Under the pieces are notes generated by a model, which was given only the letters and a program-made list of their open reading frames with translations, did not search any database and was not told the origin of the DNA. A program made the position numbers and the translations under genes. Shown piece after piece: positions 1 through 8,352 of a stretch of DNA of 10,231 nucleotides. The stretch is from the UHGV virus genome UHGV-0306718. The stretch is one strand, 5' to 3'. Position 1 is the first letter of the stretch; each line of letters starts with the position of its first letter. This DNA is from a virus.

Positions 1-40
1 CGGTGCTGGTATCGGTCTGCTTGGTTCACTGCTTTATTAA
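1..40 (+). CDS. 3' end of an upstream virion gene (partial, enters from the window edge); by P22 gene order 7-20-16 probably ejection protein gp7
   Basis: Frame 2 is open from the window start to TAA at 38-40 (...GAGIGLLGSLLY*); it lies 10 nt upstream of the gp20 start. Identity inferred only from synteny. Confidence 0.4.
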   Translation, partial: GAGIGLLGSLLY

Positions 41-50
41 GGGTTAATCA

Positions 51-1466
51 ATGACTACGTGGCAACAGGATATTAATTCTGGTGGGTTTCTTGCTGGCAT
101 CGGGGCGCAAAATGAGAATGCGCCAAAGGCAAGCGACATTAACGCAACGCTTGGTCTGATCCGCGAAAACAATGAATTGGCTCGATCAGGTGCAAATAAC
201 GTTGCTCTGACAGGTCTTCGTGGTCTGGCTGGAGTTGCTGATATTTACAATCAGGAACAGCAACAGAAAGCGATTAGTGCGTTCAATAAGGTTCACGCTG
301 ATGCATGGGCTTCTGGTGATCCATCGGGACTATTTAAGTTTGCCCAGGAAAATCCAGCGTTTGTTGCACAGGCACAACAGGCGTTTTCCGGTCTTAATGA
401 TCAGCAACGCAACGATATGGGCGATTTAGCCATGAGGGCTAACGTCGCTCTTTCTCAGGGACCGGAAGCCTACAGTAAATTCATTACTGACAACAAGGAC
501 AGGTTAAATCGCGTGGGGGCGAATGCTGACTGGATGATTCAGACAGGTATCCAGAATCCAGAGCAGCTATCACACATGTTGACTACTATGTCTCTCGGTG
601 CGCTTGGACCAGAAAAGGCGTTTGCTGTTCAGGACAAGATGGCTGGTCGTGAAATTGACCGAGGCAAACTTGCAGAGACAATCCGCAGCAATCAGGCTGG
701 TGAAGCACTTCAGGCGAGAGGGCAAAACCTTTCCTATCAGTCAGCAATGACTGGGCACAATATCGCAGCACAACGCTTGGCTCTGGATCAGCAAGAGTTC
801 GGGTTTAAGATGCAGCAAGCGCAGGAAAAGGCTCAGCAGTTGATTAGCGAAGCACCTAAGCTGTCAGTAAACATGGAAAAAGGCATCGAGACGGCTGTAA
901 ACAATGCCACAGCATCATCAAACTCAGCCAATTCCATGAGTGCGCTTGCTCAACAGTTCAGAGCAGAAAAACCAACGACCGGCTTGTTCGGTAACGCACA
1001 GAACATGTTCGCAAAACTTACCGGAAGCGATACGACATTGCGTGATTTGCGCATTCGCCAAAATGCCCTTGTTAACAGTCAGGTTCTTAAATTCCTACCT
1101 CCCGGCCCAGCAACGGATAAAGACGTTGAGATCGTTCGACAGGGTGCGCCAACTGACATGGATAACCCTGAGACGGTCGCAAGATGGCTTGATGCAATGG
1201 CAAACCTTGAGCGACGAAACGCGCAGTTTAATGAGTTTAAAGCTGAGTGGATGAGCGCGAATGGCAACCCTGGACAATCGCGTAATGGCGGTCAGATATT
1301 GGGGTTGGATGTTAAAAAAGGTGAATCATTGGGGAGTGCCGTTAAGCGGTATATGTCAATGAATACTGACGCAGCGCCAGCACAAGATTCGACACCTTCA
1401 GGAGAACCACGGAATCAGGTTGGATCATATACCTCAAAATCAGGCATTCAATTTACGGTGGAATGA
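51..1466 (+). CDS. 20: Ejection / DNA-transfer protein gp20 (P22 gene 20 family)
   Basis: 471-aa ORF, the same length as P22 gp20 as I recall it; Q/A/N-rich composition typical of P22 E-proteins; sits immediately upstream of and overlaps a gp16-like gene; AAGGG-type SD upstream of the ATG at 51. Confidence 0.85.
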   Translation: MTTWQQDINSGGFLAGIGAQNENAPKASDINATLGLIRENNELARSGANNVALTGLRGLAGVADIYNQEQQQKAISAFNKVHADAWASGDPSGLFKFAQENPAFVAQAQQAFSGLNDQQRNDMGDLAMRANVALSQGPEAYSKFITDNKDRLNRVGANADWMIQTGIQNPEQLSHMLTTMSLGALGPEKAFAVQDKMAGREIDRGKLAETIRSNQAGEALQARGQNLSYQSAMTGHNIAAQRLALDQQEFGFKMQQAQEKAQQLISEAPKLSVNMEKGIETAVNNATASSNSANSMSALAQQFRAEKPTTGLFGNAQNMFAKLTGSDTTLRDLRIRQNALVNSQVLKFLPPGPATDKDVEIVRQGAPTDMDNPETVARWLDAMANLERRNAQFNEFKAEWMSANGNPGQSRNGGQILGLDVKKGESLGSAVKRYMSMNTDAAPAQDSTPSGEPRNQVGSYTSKSGIQFTVE

Positions 1467-3304
1467 TGAAAGTAACTGCAAACGGTAAGACATTTACCTT
1501 TCCTGATGGTACGAGCACCGAAGATATTGGCACCGCCATTGATGAGTATTTTGCTGGTCAGGCTGTTCAGCAACAAACAGTTAATCAGGCCAATAATGCA
1601 CCAACACGGGAAGAACCATCATTGATGCAACAAGCTGGCGATTGGCTCACTGGTGGTCAAAGTGCAGGGCAAATTGCGGAACAGGCTGGTCGTGGTCTGG
1701 TAAACATACCATTTGACGTATTGCAGGGCGGCGCAAGTCTGATTAATGCAATCAGTCAGGGGCTTGGTGGCCCCAAGGTTTTGGACGATGTCTATCGTCC
1801 AGTCGATCGACCAACAGACCCTTATGCGCAAGCTGGAGAAACAATTGGCGGGTATTTAGTTCCAGGAGTTGGAACGGCAGGAAGCATGGCTATTGGATCA
1901 CTGGCAGAGGCCGCAAATCAGAAAGGCGATTTCGCACAAAATGCAGCTAAAAATGCCGGAGTTAACCTTGCCGCTCAGGGGGTTCTTTCCGCAGCAGCAA
2001 AGGGAATAGGGCGTGGAATAACGGCTATAAAAGGTGATATTGCGCCAGAAGTGGCGAAGAAAATTGCCACATCAGAATCGATGGGCGTGACACCAATGAC
2101 ATCTGATGTTATCCCGCCGAAAAATGCTTTCACTCGCGGCCTAACTCAGGATGCCGAGGGGGCTTTGCTCGGGACAGGCTCAAAGCGAGCGGAGCAATAT
2201 GCAACGCGTAGTAAGCTGGTAAGTAATTATTTTGACCGTTTTGGTGAGTACAACCCTGATGATGTGGTGAAATCTCTTACCACCACGTTAAGGGGGCGGA
2301 AGGATGCCGCTGGCGCTGTTATCAATGACGTCACCAATAAAATGGGTAATGCCGCAGTTGATACCACAAATACCATGAATGCTCTGAATACAGCGATCGC
2401 AAGACAGGAACGGCTTGGGACGTCTGCCAATCAAAGCCTGCTTACATCCTTGCGTAACCTACGTGAAGAATTAGCAAACCCTGCAACTGATTTGGATGTT
2501 ACGTTTGATCTCTTGCGTCAGCACAGAACAGCATTTAGATCTAATGTTCAGGGAGATGCTATGGTCTTCCCAAACCAGGCAAAAGCAGCTACCAATATGG
2601 TAGAGAATGCAATGTCAAAAGATCTTCGTAACGCAGTTGCAAAAAACCTCGGTGCATCAGACGCAGCAAAATACCTTAAAGCAAATTCCGATTATGCAAA
2701 CGTTTATAATAAGGTGCTTAATAAAAACATTGCTAACAAGCTCAACAAGGCAAGCAGTGAAGCCAGTCCTGAACTTATAAATACCGTTGTATTAAGCAGA
2801 AAACCATCTGACGTGAAACGAATCTGGAGCGCATTGGATAATAAAGGGAAAGATGCTATGCGTGCAGCTTATGTCAGCAAAATAGCGGAAAAGGCCGGTG
2901 ACTCTCCAGCCAAGTTCATCACTGAAGTTAATAAGCTGAAATCTCAGTCAGGCGGTGAAATTTACAACACTATTTTTTCTGGAAAGCACATGAAAGAGCT
3001 TGATTCTCTTCATGAAGTTCTACAGCAAACAGCAAGGTCAGACACCGCAAATGTAGTAACTCAGACGGGGCAATCGCAAGCCAACAGGATAAGGACGATT
3101 GGCGCAACTGCGACTCTTGGCGTATCAATGGGGCTTGAGGCTGGTTTCGGTGCAATGATGCGCTTGTATGAGTCAAAAGCAGCAAGGAATGCTCTCTTAC
3201 GTTTGGCAAACACCAAAGCAGGAACACCAGCCTATGAAAGAGCGATAAATAACGCTGCGAATGCCATCAGACCGCTGTTTGCTACTGAGGCAACACAGCA
3301 GTAA
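1463..3304 (+). CDS. 16: Ejection protein gp16 (P22 gene 16 family)
   Basis: 613-aa ORF starting [16 protein letters not shown]; its start overlaps the gp20 stop (ATGATGA), suggesting translational coupling; position and size match P22 gene 16 (about 609 aa). Confidence 0.85.
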   Translation: MMKVTANGKTFTFPDGTSTEDIGTAIDEYFAGQAVQQQTVNQANNAPTREEPSLMQQAGDWLTGGQSAGQIAEQAGRGLVNIPFDVLQGGASLINAISQGLGGPKVLDDVYRPVDRPTDPYAQAGETIGGYLVPGVGTAGSMAIGSLAEAANQKGDFAQNAAKNAGVNLAAQGVLSAAAKGIGRGITAIKGDIAPEVAKKIATSESMGVTPMTSDVIPPKNAFTRGLTQDAEGALLGTGSKRAEQYATRSKLVSNYFDRFGEYNPDDVVKSLTTTLRGRKDAAGAVINDVTNKMGNAAVDTTNTMNALNTAIARQERLGTSANQSLLTSLRNLREELANPATDLDVTFDLLRQHRTAFRSNVQGDAMVFPNQAKAATNMVENAMSKDLRNAVAKNLGASDAAKYLKANSDYANVYNKVLNKNIANKLNKASSEASPELINTVVLSRKPSDVKRIWSALDNKGKDAMRAAYVSKIAEKAGDSPAKFITEVNKLKSQSGGEIYNTIFSGKHMKELDSLHEVLQQTARSDTANVVTQTGQSQANRIRTIGATATLGVSMGLEAGFGAMMRLYESKAARNALLRLANTKAGTPAYERAINNAANAIRPLFATEATQQ

Positions 3305-3328
3305 CGTATGGGAAATTGGATTCAATCG

Positions 3329-3718
3329 CTAACATTTTCTTTTTACTTTTCCAACAAAAGCTTTGGTTGAATCCATATTTCCATAACCGGAAATGGTTTT
3401 TGACATTAAAACTGTTCCAGTAGGATGTATTACCCATGAGTCGATAACGCGTTGAGTTTCGCCATTCGCGCCGATTCCTATGATGGAGTTTTTAGACAAT
3501 GCTTTGTAAGCCATGCCGCCCGCATCTGTCCCAGAATATGTGATGCTGGCATCTTCACCGTTTGTCTTAATGATGAATGTTCCACTAAAACCATCTTCTT
3601 CCGGATGGAAATTATTTCGTTCTGAATAGCTTATTCCGCGCATATCTCCAACGACCCAGCACTCTGCTGTAGCCCCAAAAGATATGAATAAGAACATAGC
3701 AGTAAGAAATTGCTTCAC
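3329..3718 (-). CDS. Hypothetical secreted (periplasmic) protein, 129 aa, probable accessory (moron) gene
   Basis: GTG start at 3718 with a perfect SD (AAGGAGG, 5-nt spacer); N-terminus MKQFLTAMFLFISFGATA|E looks like a Sec signal peptide with an AxA cleavage site; mature part has Cys near both termini; local GC about 35% versus about 50-55% in neighbouring virion genes. The longer 201-aa ORF in the track is an upstream extension with no RBS. Confidence 0.6.
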   Translation of the reverse strand: MKQFLTAMFLFISFGATAECWVVGDMRGISYSERNNFHPEEDGFSGTFIIKTNGEDASITYSGTDAGGMAYKALSKNSIIGIGANGETQRVIDSWVIHPTGTVLMSKTISGYGNMDSTKAFVGKVKRKC

Positions 3719-3748
3719 GCCAACCTCCTTAGTTTTGCGCAGGATACC

Positions 3749-4114
3749 ATGAAAAAAGTTAACATTGGAAACGTACCAAAGATGCTCGTTCCGCTCTTTG
3801 AGAGCGGTACAATTGTGTTTTGTAGAGACTTTCCAGAATGGCAACGCCTGCATCAAAAACTTGGCGTTGACGTGCATGACTCGGACGCCAACGGAGCGTC
3901 TCATACAATGAGTAGCGAGAATGGTGTTTTGCATGTGATAGGCGTGTTCAATGGCAAACTATCTACTATTGCCCATGAGTGCGCTCACATGGCATTCGAT
4001 ATCTGCTCAAGGGTAGGTGTTGATGTTGAACCAGGAAGAGCCAACGAGACTTACTGCTACTTAATGAGCAGGCTTGTTGAGTTCTGCGAGCGACATATCA
4101 AAAAGCCGGAGTGA
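3749..4114 (+). CDS. Hypothetical protein with HEXXH (zinc-metallopeptidase-like) motif, 121 aa
   Basis: ATG at 3749 preceded by AGGA; contains HECAH followed by a downstream Glu (NETYCY); divergently transcribed from the secreted-protein gene with only 30 bp between the two start codons. Family not recognised. Confidence 0.55.
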   Translation: MKKVNIGNVPKMLVPLFESGTIVFCRDFPEWQRLHQKLGVDVHDSDANGASHTMSSENGVLHVIGVFNGKLSTIAHECAHMAFDICSRVGVDVEPGRANETYCYLMSRLVEFCERHIKKPE

Positions 4115-4127
4115 CCTGGCTTGATTA

Positions 4128-4307
4128 TTACTTTTTGCTGTCTGGAGTTCGCTTATCCAATACCCAGCCATGACCTGGCTTTGTTGTTGGTGGAAGCCTT
4201 TCGTTGTCCTTGACGGTTGCAAAATTGTCTTTCTTACCGCCGCGTGGGCCAACTTCTTGGTATATTCCGCCGTTTTTTCCTGTGTTTTCACCTGGTTTTT
4301 TCGCCAT
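4128..4307 (-). CDS. Small hypothetical protein (59 aa), resembles the YjzC-like small-protein family
   Basis: Internal ATG at 4307 preceded by GAGG with a 6-nt spacer; sequence MAKKPGENTGKNGGIYQEVGPRGG...PPTTKPGHGWVL recalls the PG..G.Y.E.G signature of YjzC-like proteins (from memory, unverified); convergent with the HEXXH gene. Confidence 0.5.
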   Translation of the reverse strand: MAKKPGENTGKNGGIYQEVGPRGGKKDNFATVKDNERLPPTTKPGHGWVLDKRTPDSKK

Positions 4308-4343
4308 GATATACCTCAACATACACCCGTTATTGGGCGATTA

Positions 4344-4372
4344 AATATTGATCTCATTTTATAAGTAGTCAA
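4344..4372 (-). promoter_or_regulatory. Candidate sigma70 promoter for the small YjzC-like gene
   Basis: On the minus strand: TTGACT (-35, plus coords 4367-4372), 17-bp spacer, AATATT (-10, 4344-4349); about 30 nt upstream of the SD. Confidence 0.3.
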
Positions 4373-4390
4373 TATGGCCCAGGTAAATGC

Positions 4391-4421
4391 AAAAATTAAC
4401 CCACCTTCAGGTGGGTTTTTT
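4391..4421. terminator. Bidirectional intrinsic terminator at the 3' end of mnt
   Basis: 8-bp stem AACCCACC / GGTGGGTT with a 4-nt loop; followed by TTTTT on the plus strand and AATTTTT on the minus strand; the mnt stop codon sits in the loop. Confidence 0.6.
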
Positions 4422-4658
4422 GTACAAATCCTTCAGCGTATCAAACACCATCTTCTTAACAAGCTCTGACTGCTCATCAGCGAGTCGTTCTGCATCGTCG
4501 CGATATCCAGTCACAGGCGATGGTTTTGATAGAGCATCTTGGACGATTTGTAACAACTCGGAGTTCATTGATCTCCCATTCGCCTCCGCCCTGAATTTTA
4601 ATTTCTCCCTTACTTCCATAGGCATACGGAAGTTAAAGTGCGGATCATCTCTAGCCAT
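4407..4658 (-). CDS. mnt: Mnt repressor (ribbon-helix-helix; maintenance of lysogeny, represses Pant)
   Basis: 83-codon ORF MARDDPHFNFRMPMEVREKLKFRAEANGRSMNSELLQIVQDALSKPS... is essentially identical to P22 Mnt as recalled. Confidence 0.95.
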   Translation of the reverse strand: MARDDPHFNFRMPMEVREKLKFRAEANGRSMNSELLQIVQDALSKPSPVTGYRDDAERLADEQSELVKKMVFDTLKDLYKKPT

Positions 4659-4680
4659 GCCATCACTCCAAGTTAGTGTA

Positions 4681-4709
4681 TTGACATGATAGAAGCACTC
4701 TACTATATT
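4681..4709 (+). promoter_or_regulatory. Pant promoter (drives arc-ant)
   Basis: TTGACA at 4681-4686, 17-bp spacer, TATATT at 4704-4709; about 40 nt upstream of arc. Confidence 0.7.
4686..4706. promoter_or_regulatory. Arc operator (Oarc)
   Basis: ATGATAGAAGCACTCTACTAT matches the 21-bp P22 arc operator as recalled; lies between the -35 and -10 of both Pant and Pmnt. Confidence 0.8.
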
Positions 4710-4714
4710 CTCAA
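4686..4714 (-). promoter_or_regulatory. Pmnt promoter (divergent from Pant)
   Basis: Minus strand: TTGAGA (-35, plus 4709-4714), 17-bp spacer, TATCAT (-10, plus 4686-4691); mnt start codon at 4658. Confidence 0.65.
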
Positions 4715-4734
4715 TAGGTCCACCGTGGACCTAT
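4714..4734. promoter_or_regulatory. Mnt operator (Omnt)
   Basis: Perfect 21-bp palindrome ATAGGTCCACCGTGGACCTAT, containing the P22 mnt operator core; positioned over the Pant start region. Confidence 0.8.
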
Positions 4735-4748
4735 ATTGTGAGGTGAAC

Positions 4749-4910
4749 ATGAAAGGAATGAGCAAAATGCCGCAGTTCAATTTGCGGTGGCCTAAAGAAG
4801 TATTGGATTTGGTACGCAAGGTGGCGGAAGAGAATGGTCGGTCTGTTAACTCTGAGATTTATCAGAGAGTAATGGAAAGCTTTAAGAAGGAAGGGCGCAT
4901 TGGCGCGTAA
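4749..4910 (+). CDS. arc: Arc repressor (ribbon-helix-helix)
   Basis: 53-aa protein [53 protein letters not shown], near-identical to P22 Arc; GAGGTGA SD; the longer track ORF from 4686 is an unsupported upstream extension. Confidence 0.95.
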   Translation: MKGMSKMPQFNLRWPKEVLDLVRKVAEENGRSVNSEIYQRVMESFKKEGRIGA

Positions 4911-4978
4911 AGTTGAAGCCCCAACTGCGGGAACAGTCAGGGCTTCGTTTGTCAGTAAATCCGTGGAGAAAAACCAAC
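4910..4978 (-). ncRNA. sar: sar antisense RNA (small antisense regulator of ant translation)
   Basis: Extended -10 promoter TGcTATACT on the minus strand inside the first ant codons (plus 4985-4993); a transcript starting near 4978 is antisense to the ant SD (GGAG 4965-4968) and contains an imperfect hairpin (4915-4946); predicted length about 69 nt, matching the known 68-69 nt P22 sar. Ends are approximate. Confidence 0.5.
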
Positions 4979-5881
4979 ATGAATAGTATAGCAATTTTAG
5001 AAGCAGTGAACACCTCTTACGTACCATTCAACGGTCAGCAAATTATCACCGCCATGGCTGCCGGAGTTGCATATGTTGCGATGAAGCCAATCGTTGAAAA
5101 CCTTGGAATGAGTTGGGGTACTCAGCAACAAAAACTTATGAAACAACTAGATAAGTTCAACTGTATTCATATGAATATGGTTGCCGCTGATGGTAAGCTT
5201 CGTAAGCTACTCTGCCTTCCTTTGAAGAAGTTAAATGGATGGCTGTTCAGCATCAACCCTGAGAAAGTTCGTGCTGACATCCGCGATAAACTGATTCAGT
5301 ACCAGGAAGAATGCTTTACTGTGCTGCATGACTACTGGACAAAGGGAAAGGCAGAAAATGCACGTAAGAAAACATCTGTTGATGACAGGACTCCGCTTCG
5401 TGATGCTGTAAATATGCTGGTCAGCAAAAAGCATCTAATGTACCCAGAAGCTTATGCAATGATTCATCAGCGTTTCAATGTGGAAAGTATTGAAGAGCTT
5501 GATGCATCTCAGATACCGCAAGCCGTAGAGTACATCCACAGGGTAGTGCTTGAAGGCGAGTTCATCGGCAAACAAGAGAAGAAAACCAACGAGCTTTCTG
5601 CAAAAGAAGCAAACAGCCTTGTATGGTTATGGGATTATGCCAACCGCTCACAGGCATTATTCCGCGAACTGTATCCGGCGCTAAAACAAATTCAATCGAA
5701 CTATTCCGGCAGATGCTACGACTACGGTCATGAGTTCTCGTATGTTATCGGAATGGCGAGAGACGTTTTAATCAATCACACACGAGATGTTGATATTAAT
5801 GAGCCAGACGGACCAACGAATCTTTCCGCATGGATGAGACTTAAGAATAAAGAATTACCTCCTTCAGTACATAATTACTGA
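4979..5881 (+). CDS. ant: Antirepressor Ant
   Basis: 300-aa ORF from the ATG at 4979 ([21 protein letters not shown]...), SD GGAG about 10 nt upstream; matches P22 Ant in size and position after arc; the 22 upstream codons in the track ORF overlap the arc stop and lack an RBS. Confidence 0.9.
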   Translation: MNSIAILEAVNTSYVPFNGQQIITAMAAGVAYVAMKPIVENLGMSWGTQQQKLMKQLDKFNCIHMNMVAADGKLRKLLCLPLKKLNGWLFSINPEKVRADIRDKLIQYQEECFTVLHDYWTKGKAENARKKTSVDDRTPLRDAVNMLVSKKHLMYPEAYAMIHQRFNVESIEELDASQIPQAVEYIHRVVLEGEFIGKQEKKTNELSAKEANSLVWLWDYANRSQALFRELYPALKQIQSNYSGRCYDYGHEFSYVIGMARDVLINHTRDVDINEPDGPTNLSAWMRLKNKELPPSVHNY

Positions 5882-5900
5882 CAGATAACCAACGCAACGA

Positions 5901-5923
5901 CCCAGCTTCGGCTGGGTTTTTTT
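5901..5923 (+). terminator. Intrinsic terminator after ant
   Basis: CCCAGC-TTCG-GCTGGG hairpin followed by TTTTTTT. Confidence 0.8.
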
Positions 5924-5981
5924 ATGCCCAAAATTCACCGTAGTCATGCTGCGGCGATTCCTTGTATCTGGAGCAAATTAA

Positions 5982-7973
5982 ATGACAGATATCACCGCAA
6001 ATGTTGTGGTAAGCATGCCTTCGCAACTCTTCACTATGGCGCGTTCTTTTAAAGCCGTAGCTAATGGCAAAATTTATATCGGTAAAATTGACACTGACCC
6101 GGTAAATCCTGATAACCAGATTCAGGTCTATGTTGAGAACGAAGATGGTTCTCACGTTCCTGTTGCACAGCCAATCGTCATCAATGCCGCTGGGTATCCA
6201 GTATATAACGGACAGATTGCCAAATTCGTAACTGTGCAAGGCCATTCTATGGCTGTTTATGATGCATGTGGTGCGCAGCAGTTCTATTTTCCAAATGTGC
6301 TGAAGTATGACCCGGATCAGTTAAGGCAGGAGTTAGCAAGTTCAGGTGATGATCTTGGAGATGCATTAATAGCAGTAAAACAACCATTCACCTTGTCAAT
6401 AAGAAGGACGCAGCATCAAAAAAATGCCGAGCACATTAGTGTTAGTGATTTTGGTGCAAAAGGAGACGGCATAACAGATGATACTGTAGCAATTCAAAAT
6501 GCTATTAATGCAGTACCAGAAGGGGCTATACTTGGATTTTATGGTGGTGAATTTGTTTTTGATAAGGTTGAATTGCTTAAGCCAATAACATTGGTTGGTG
6601 ATGCAACGTTAATTCACAACGGATTTAGAATAAAATCTAGCAGAATACGATCACTTTTATCTGGTGTTCAGAAATGCAAGGATTACTCCGAGTCTTCAAG
6701 AGCATTTTATTGCTATGCAAATGAAGACCAAAGAGATTATGACGATATTCAGATTTTGTTTAATAGATTTGAAGGTTTCTTTTACTCTACGGCATTTGTT
6801 GCAAAAAACTATTATTTGGAGAATGACCCTAATTCAAGAACTGTCAAAAATACAAAAGTAATAGGATGTACATCAGTTGCTCCTGATTCTGTAAATGCCG
6901 GTCATTTTCAACATATAGGCGTTACAAATGCTGAAACATCACATAACTCAACTTATGGCGGACAAAATGCAACATCATACAACTTCATTAACCAGAATGG
7001 ATTTGTAAGGATTATAGGAAATTATGACCATAACAATAGCTATGGTTCATGTGAGCTTGAGAACTCAATGGTGAGTAACTCAGTCATATCATGTAATACG
7101 TTTTCGTCATATTTATGGGTGGATGATACAAGCAATGTTACTATTTCTGGAAATACAGTTTCATCAAGGATCAAAGTAACATCGCAAACTGACGATGTTC
7201 ATAATATAACCATATCAGCAAATACCACAAAACGGATTACTATAGAGCAATTTGGAGAATCTCCGACAGGTCTGGTATATGGTGCATTAATTTCCTGTAA
7301 CACTATTACTGGCGACAGTGATGGAAGTTCAGACATTTTATGTACGTCACTTGTTACAGGTGAAATTTCATCAAATTATTGTCATGGATCAGAAAAAAAT
7401 ATATCAATTGTCCGCCTGGATTCTTCTGATATAACTGTTAGAAACAATAAAGGAAACAAAGGATTACTTACAATAAGTAACGATGGTGGGAGGATAATTG
7501 AATATGGCAATGATTCTATGGTTCTGTCTGGAAGCATAGATAGCAGACATATACATAATTTATTACAACCAGACACATCGTATTTAGATCTACCGGGGAA
7601 ATATCTGCACGGAACTAAATATACTGGCAGTATCCCCCCCGGTTCCACAGGAACTGTATCACTTCAAATACCATCAGGGGCAAGCCTTGTTTTCAGGGGT
7701 GTTTCTATATGGGTTCTAATTAGAGATGTTAGCAATAACAATATATCGTCATTCAGAATTGATGGTTCATATAGAGTTGTTGGTGGAAGTGTTGGTCTTA
7801 GTTTTGCTGATGCTTATTCGAAACTCGGGGTGGATGCAAACTCTATAACAGTGTCAAACAATAACAGCACTTCTGACAATATCAGCATAGCAATTAAAAA
7901 CACAGATTCATCAAAAACCCTTCAGGTTACTGTTATGCCGGAGGTTTCAAGCAGGTTAGGTATTGAGGAATAG
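5982..7973 (+). CDS. 9: Tailspike protein: P22-type head-binding N-domain fused to a divergent pectate-lyase-like beta-helix receptor-binding domain
   Basis: N-terminus [11 protein letters not shown]...[13 protein letters not shown]...[11 protein letters not shown]...NVLKYDPDQ matches the P22 gp9 head-binding domain; downstream sequence is unrelated to P22 gp9 and carries the [22 protein letters not shown] motif typical of pectin-lyase-fold depolymerases; SD GGAG upstream of the ATG. Confidence 0.9.
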   Translation: MTDITANVVVSMPSQLFTMARSFKAVANGKIYIGKIDTDPVNPDNQIQVYVENEDGSHVPVAQPIVINAAGYPVYNGQIAKFVTVQGHSMAVYDACGAQQFYFPNVLKYDPDQLRQELASSGDDLGDALIAVKQPFTLSIRRTQHQKNAEHISVSDFGAKGDGITDDTVAIQNAINAVPEGAILGFYGGEFVFDKVELLKPITLVGDATLIHNGFRIKSSRIRSLLSGVQKCKDYSESSRAFYCYANEDQRDYDDIQILFNRFEGFFYSTAFVAKNYYLENDPNSRTVKNTKVIGCTSVAPDSVNAGHFQHIGVTNAETSHNSTYGGQNATSYNFINQNGFVRIIGNYDHNNSYGSCELENSMVSNSVISCNTFSSYLWVDDTSNVTISGNTVSSRIKVTSQTDDVHNITISANTTKRITIEQFGESPTGLVYGALISCNTITGDSDGSSDILCTSLVTGEISSNYCHGSEKNISIVRLDSSDITVRNNKGNKGLLTISNDGGRIIEYGNDSMVLSGSIDSRHIHNLLQPDTSYLDLPGKYLHGTKYTGSIPPGSTGTVSLQIPSGASLVFRGVSIWVLIRDVSNNNISSFRIDGSYRVVGGSVGLSFADAYSKLGVDANSITVSNNNSTSDNISIAIKNTDSSKTLQVTVMPEVSSRLGIEE

Positions 7974-8001
7974 CATCATATATAATTATTTTAATGTTAA
8001 T

Positions 8002-8029
8002 GCCGCCTTCTTGTTGGCGGCTTATTTGT
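8002..8029 (+). terminator. Candidate intrinsic terminator after the tailspike gene
   Basis: GCCGCC / GGCGGC stem with an 8-nt loop, followed by TTATTTGTG. Confidence 0.5.
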
Positions 8030-8049
8030 GAAAATCGAATGAGTTATTT

Positions 8050-8352
8050 ATGATGAATATAGAAGTTGATATAACACCAATTCTTCACGCACTTTGCGCT
8101 GTTGTCGCACAAGTTCTGGTTGGTCTTTTTACCGGAAACTGGGCTTACGGTGCGATAGCCGGTTGTACGTTCTTCATTGCGCGTGAACACACCCAGGCAG
8201 AATATCGCTGGATTGAAATGTTCGGGCATGGCAAGCGTATGAATATGCCGTGGTGGGGTGGTTTTGATCCACGCGTGTGGGATGTAGGAAGCCTTATGGA
8301 TTTTTCTTTCCCAATTATCGGATGCTTATTGGTATGGATTCTTGCATCGTAG
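8050..8352 (+). CDS. Hypothetical small inner-membrane protein (100 aa, about 3 predicted TM segments)
   Basis: ORF with three hydrophobic stretches (ITPILHALCAVVAQVLVGLF, AYGAIAGCTFFIA, FPIIGCLLVWILAS); occupies the position between tailspike and att/int where P22-like phages carry O-antigen-modifying conversion genes; weak SD. Confidence 0.45.
   Translation: MMNIEVDITPILHALCAVVAQVLVGLFTGNWAYGAIAGCTFFIAREHTQAEYRWIEMFGHGKRMNMPWWGGFDPRVWDVGSLMDFSFPIIGCLLVWILAS

Noticed and set aside
220-3227. Short ORFs nested inside gp20 and gp16 (220-429, 586-771, 940-1254, 1079-1277, 1619-1831, 2227-2430, 2970-3227)
   Set aside because: All lie within the long, well-supported gp20/gp16 reading frames and have no RBS or recognisable features.
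3710-3748. N-terminal extension (MLHANLLSFAQDT) of the HEXXH ORF
   Set aside because: No SD before the ATG at 3710 and it overlaps the secreted-protein start codon; the ATG at 3749 has an AGGA SD.
3329-3934. 201-aa version of the minus-strand ORF (upstream extension of the secreted-protein gene)
   Set aside because: The extension has no RBS, overlaps the divergent HEXXH gene, and the strong SD plus GTG at 3718 immediately precedes a signal peptide; the real start is most likely 3718.
4061-4291. Minus-strand 76-aa ORF overlapping the YjzC-like gene in another frame
   Set aside because: Overlaps the 3' end of the HEXXH gene and the better-supported small gene; no RBS.
4170-4364. Plus-strand 64-aa hydrophobic ORF antisense to the small YjzC-like gene
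   Set aside because: No RBS, and it overlaps the better-supported minus-strand gene and its candidate promoter; likely an antisense artefact, though a tiny membrane peptide cannot be excluded.
4686-4748. Upstream extension of arc (MIEALYYILNRSTVDLYCEVN)
   Set aside because: This stretch is the Pant/Pmnt/operator DNA; Arc is the 53-aa protein starting at 4749 with its own SD.
4913-4978. 22-codon upstream extension of ant ([22 protein letters not shown])
   Set aside because: P22 Ant begins MNSIAILEA and is 300 aa; the extension covers the arc-ant intercistronic region that is targeted by sar and contains the ant SD.
4387-5027. ORFs 4387-4689 (+) and 4731-5027 (-), antisense to mnt and to arc/ant
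   Set aside because: They are mirror-frame ORFs of well-identified genes (mnt, arc) with no independent signals.
5922-7648. ORFs overlapping the tailspike gene (5922-6245 -, 6664-6861 +, 7382-7648 -)
   Set aside because: Embedded in or antisense to the tailspike coding sequence; AT-rich DNA readily gives spurious ORFs.
7956-7986. Possible promoter (TATAAT at 7981-7986) for the small membrane-protein gene
   Set aside because: No acceptable -35 at 16-18 bp spacing, and the element lies upstream of the candidate tailspike terminator; too weak to call.
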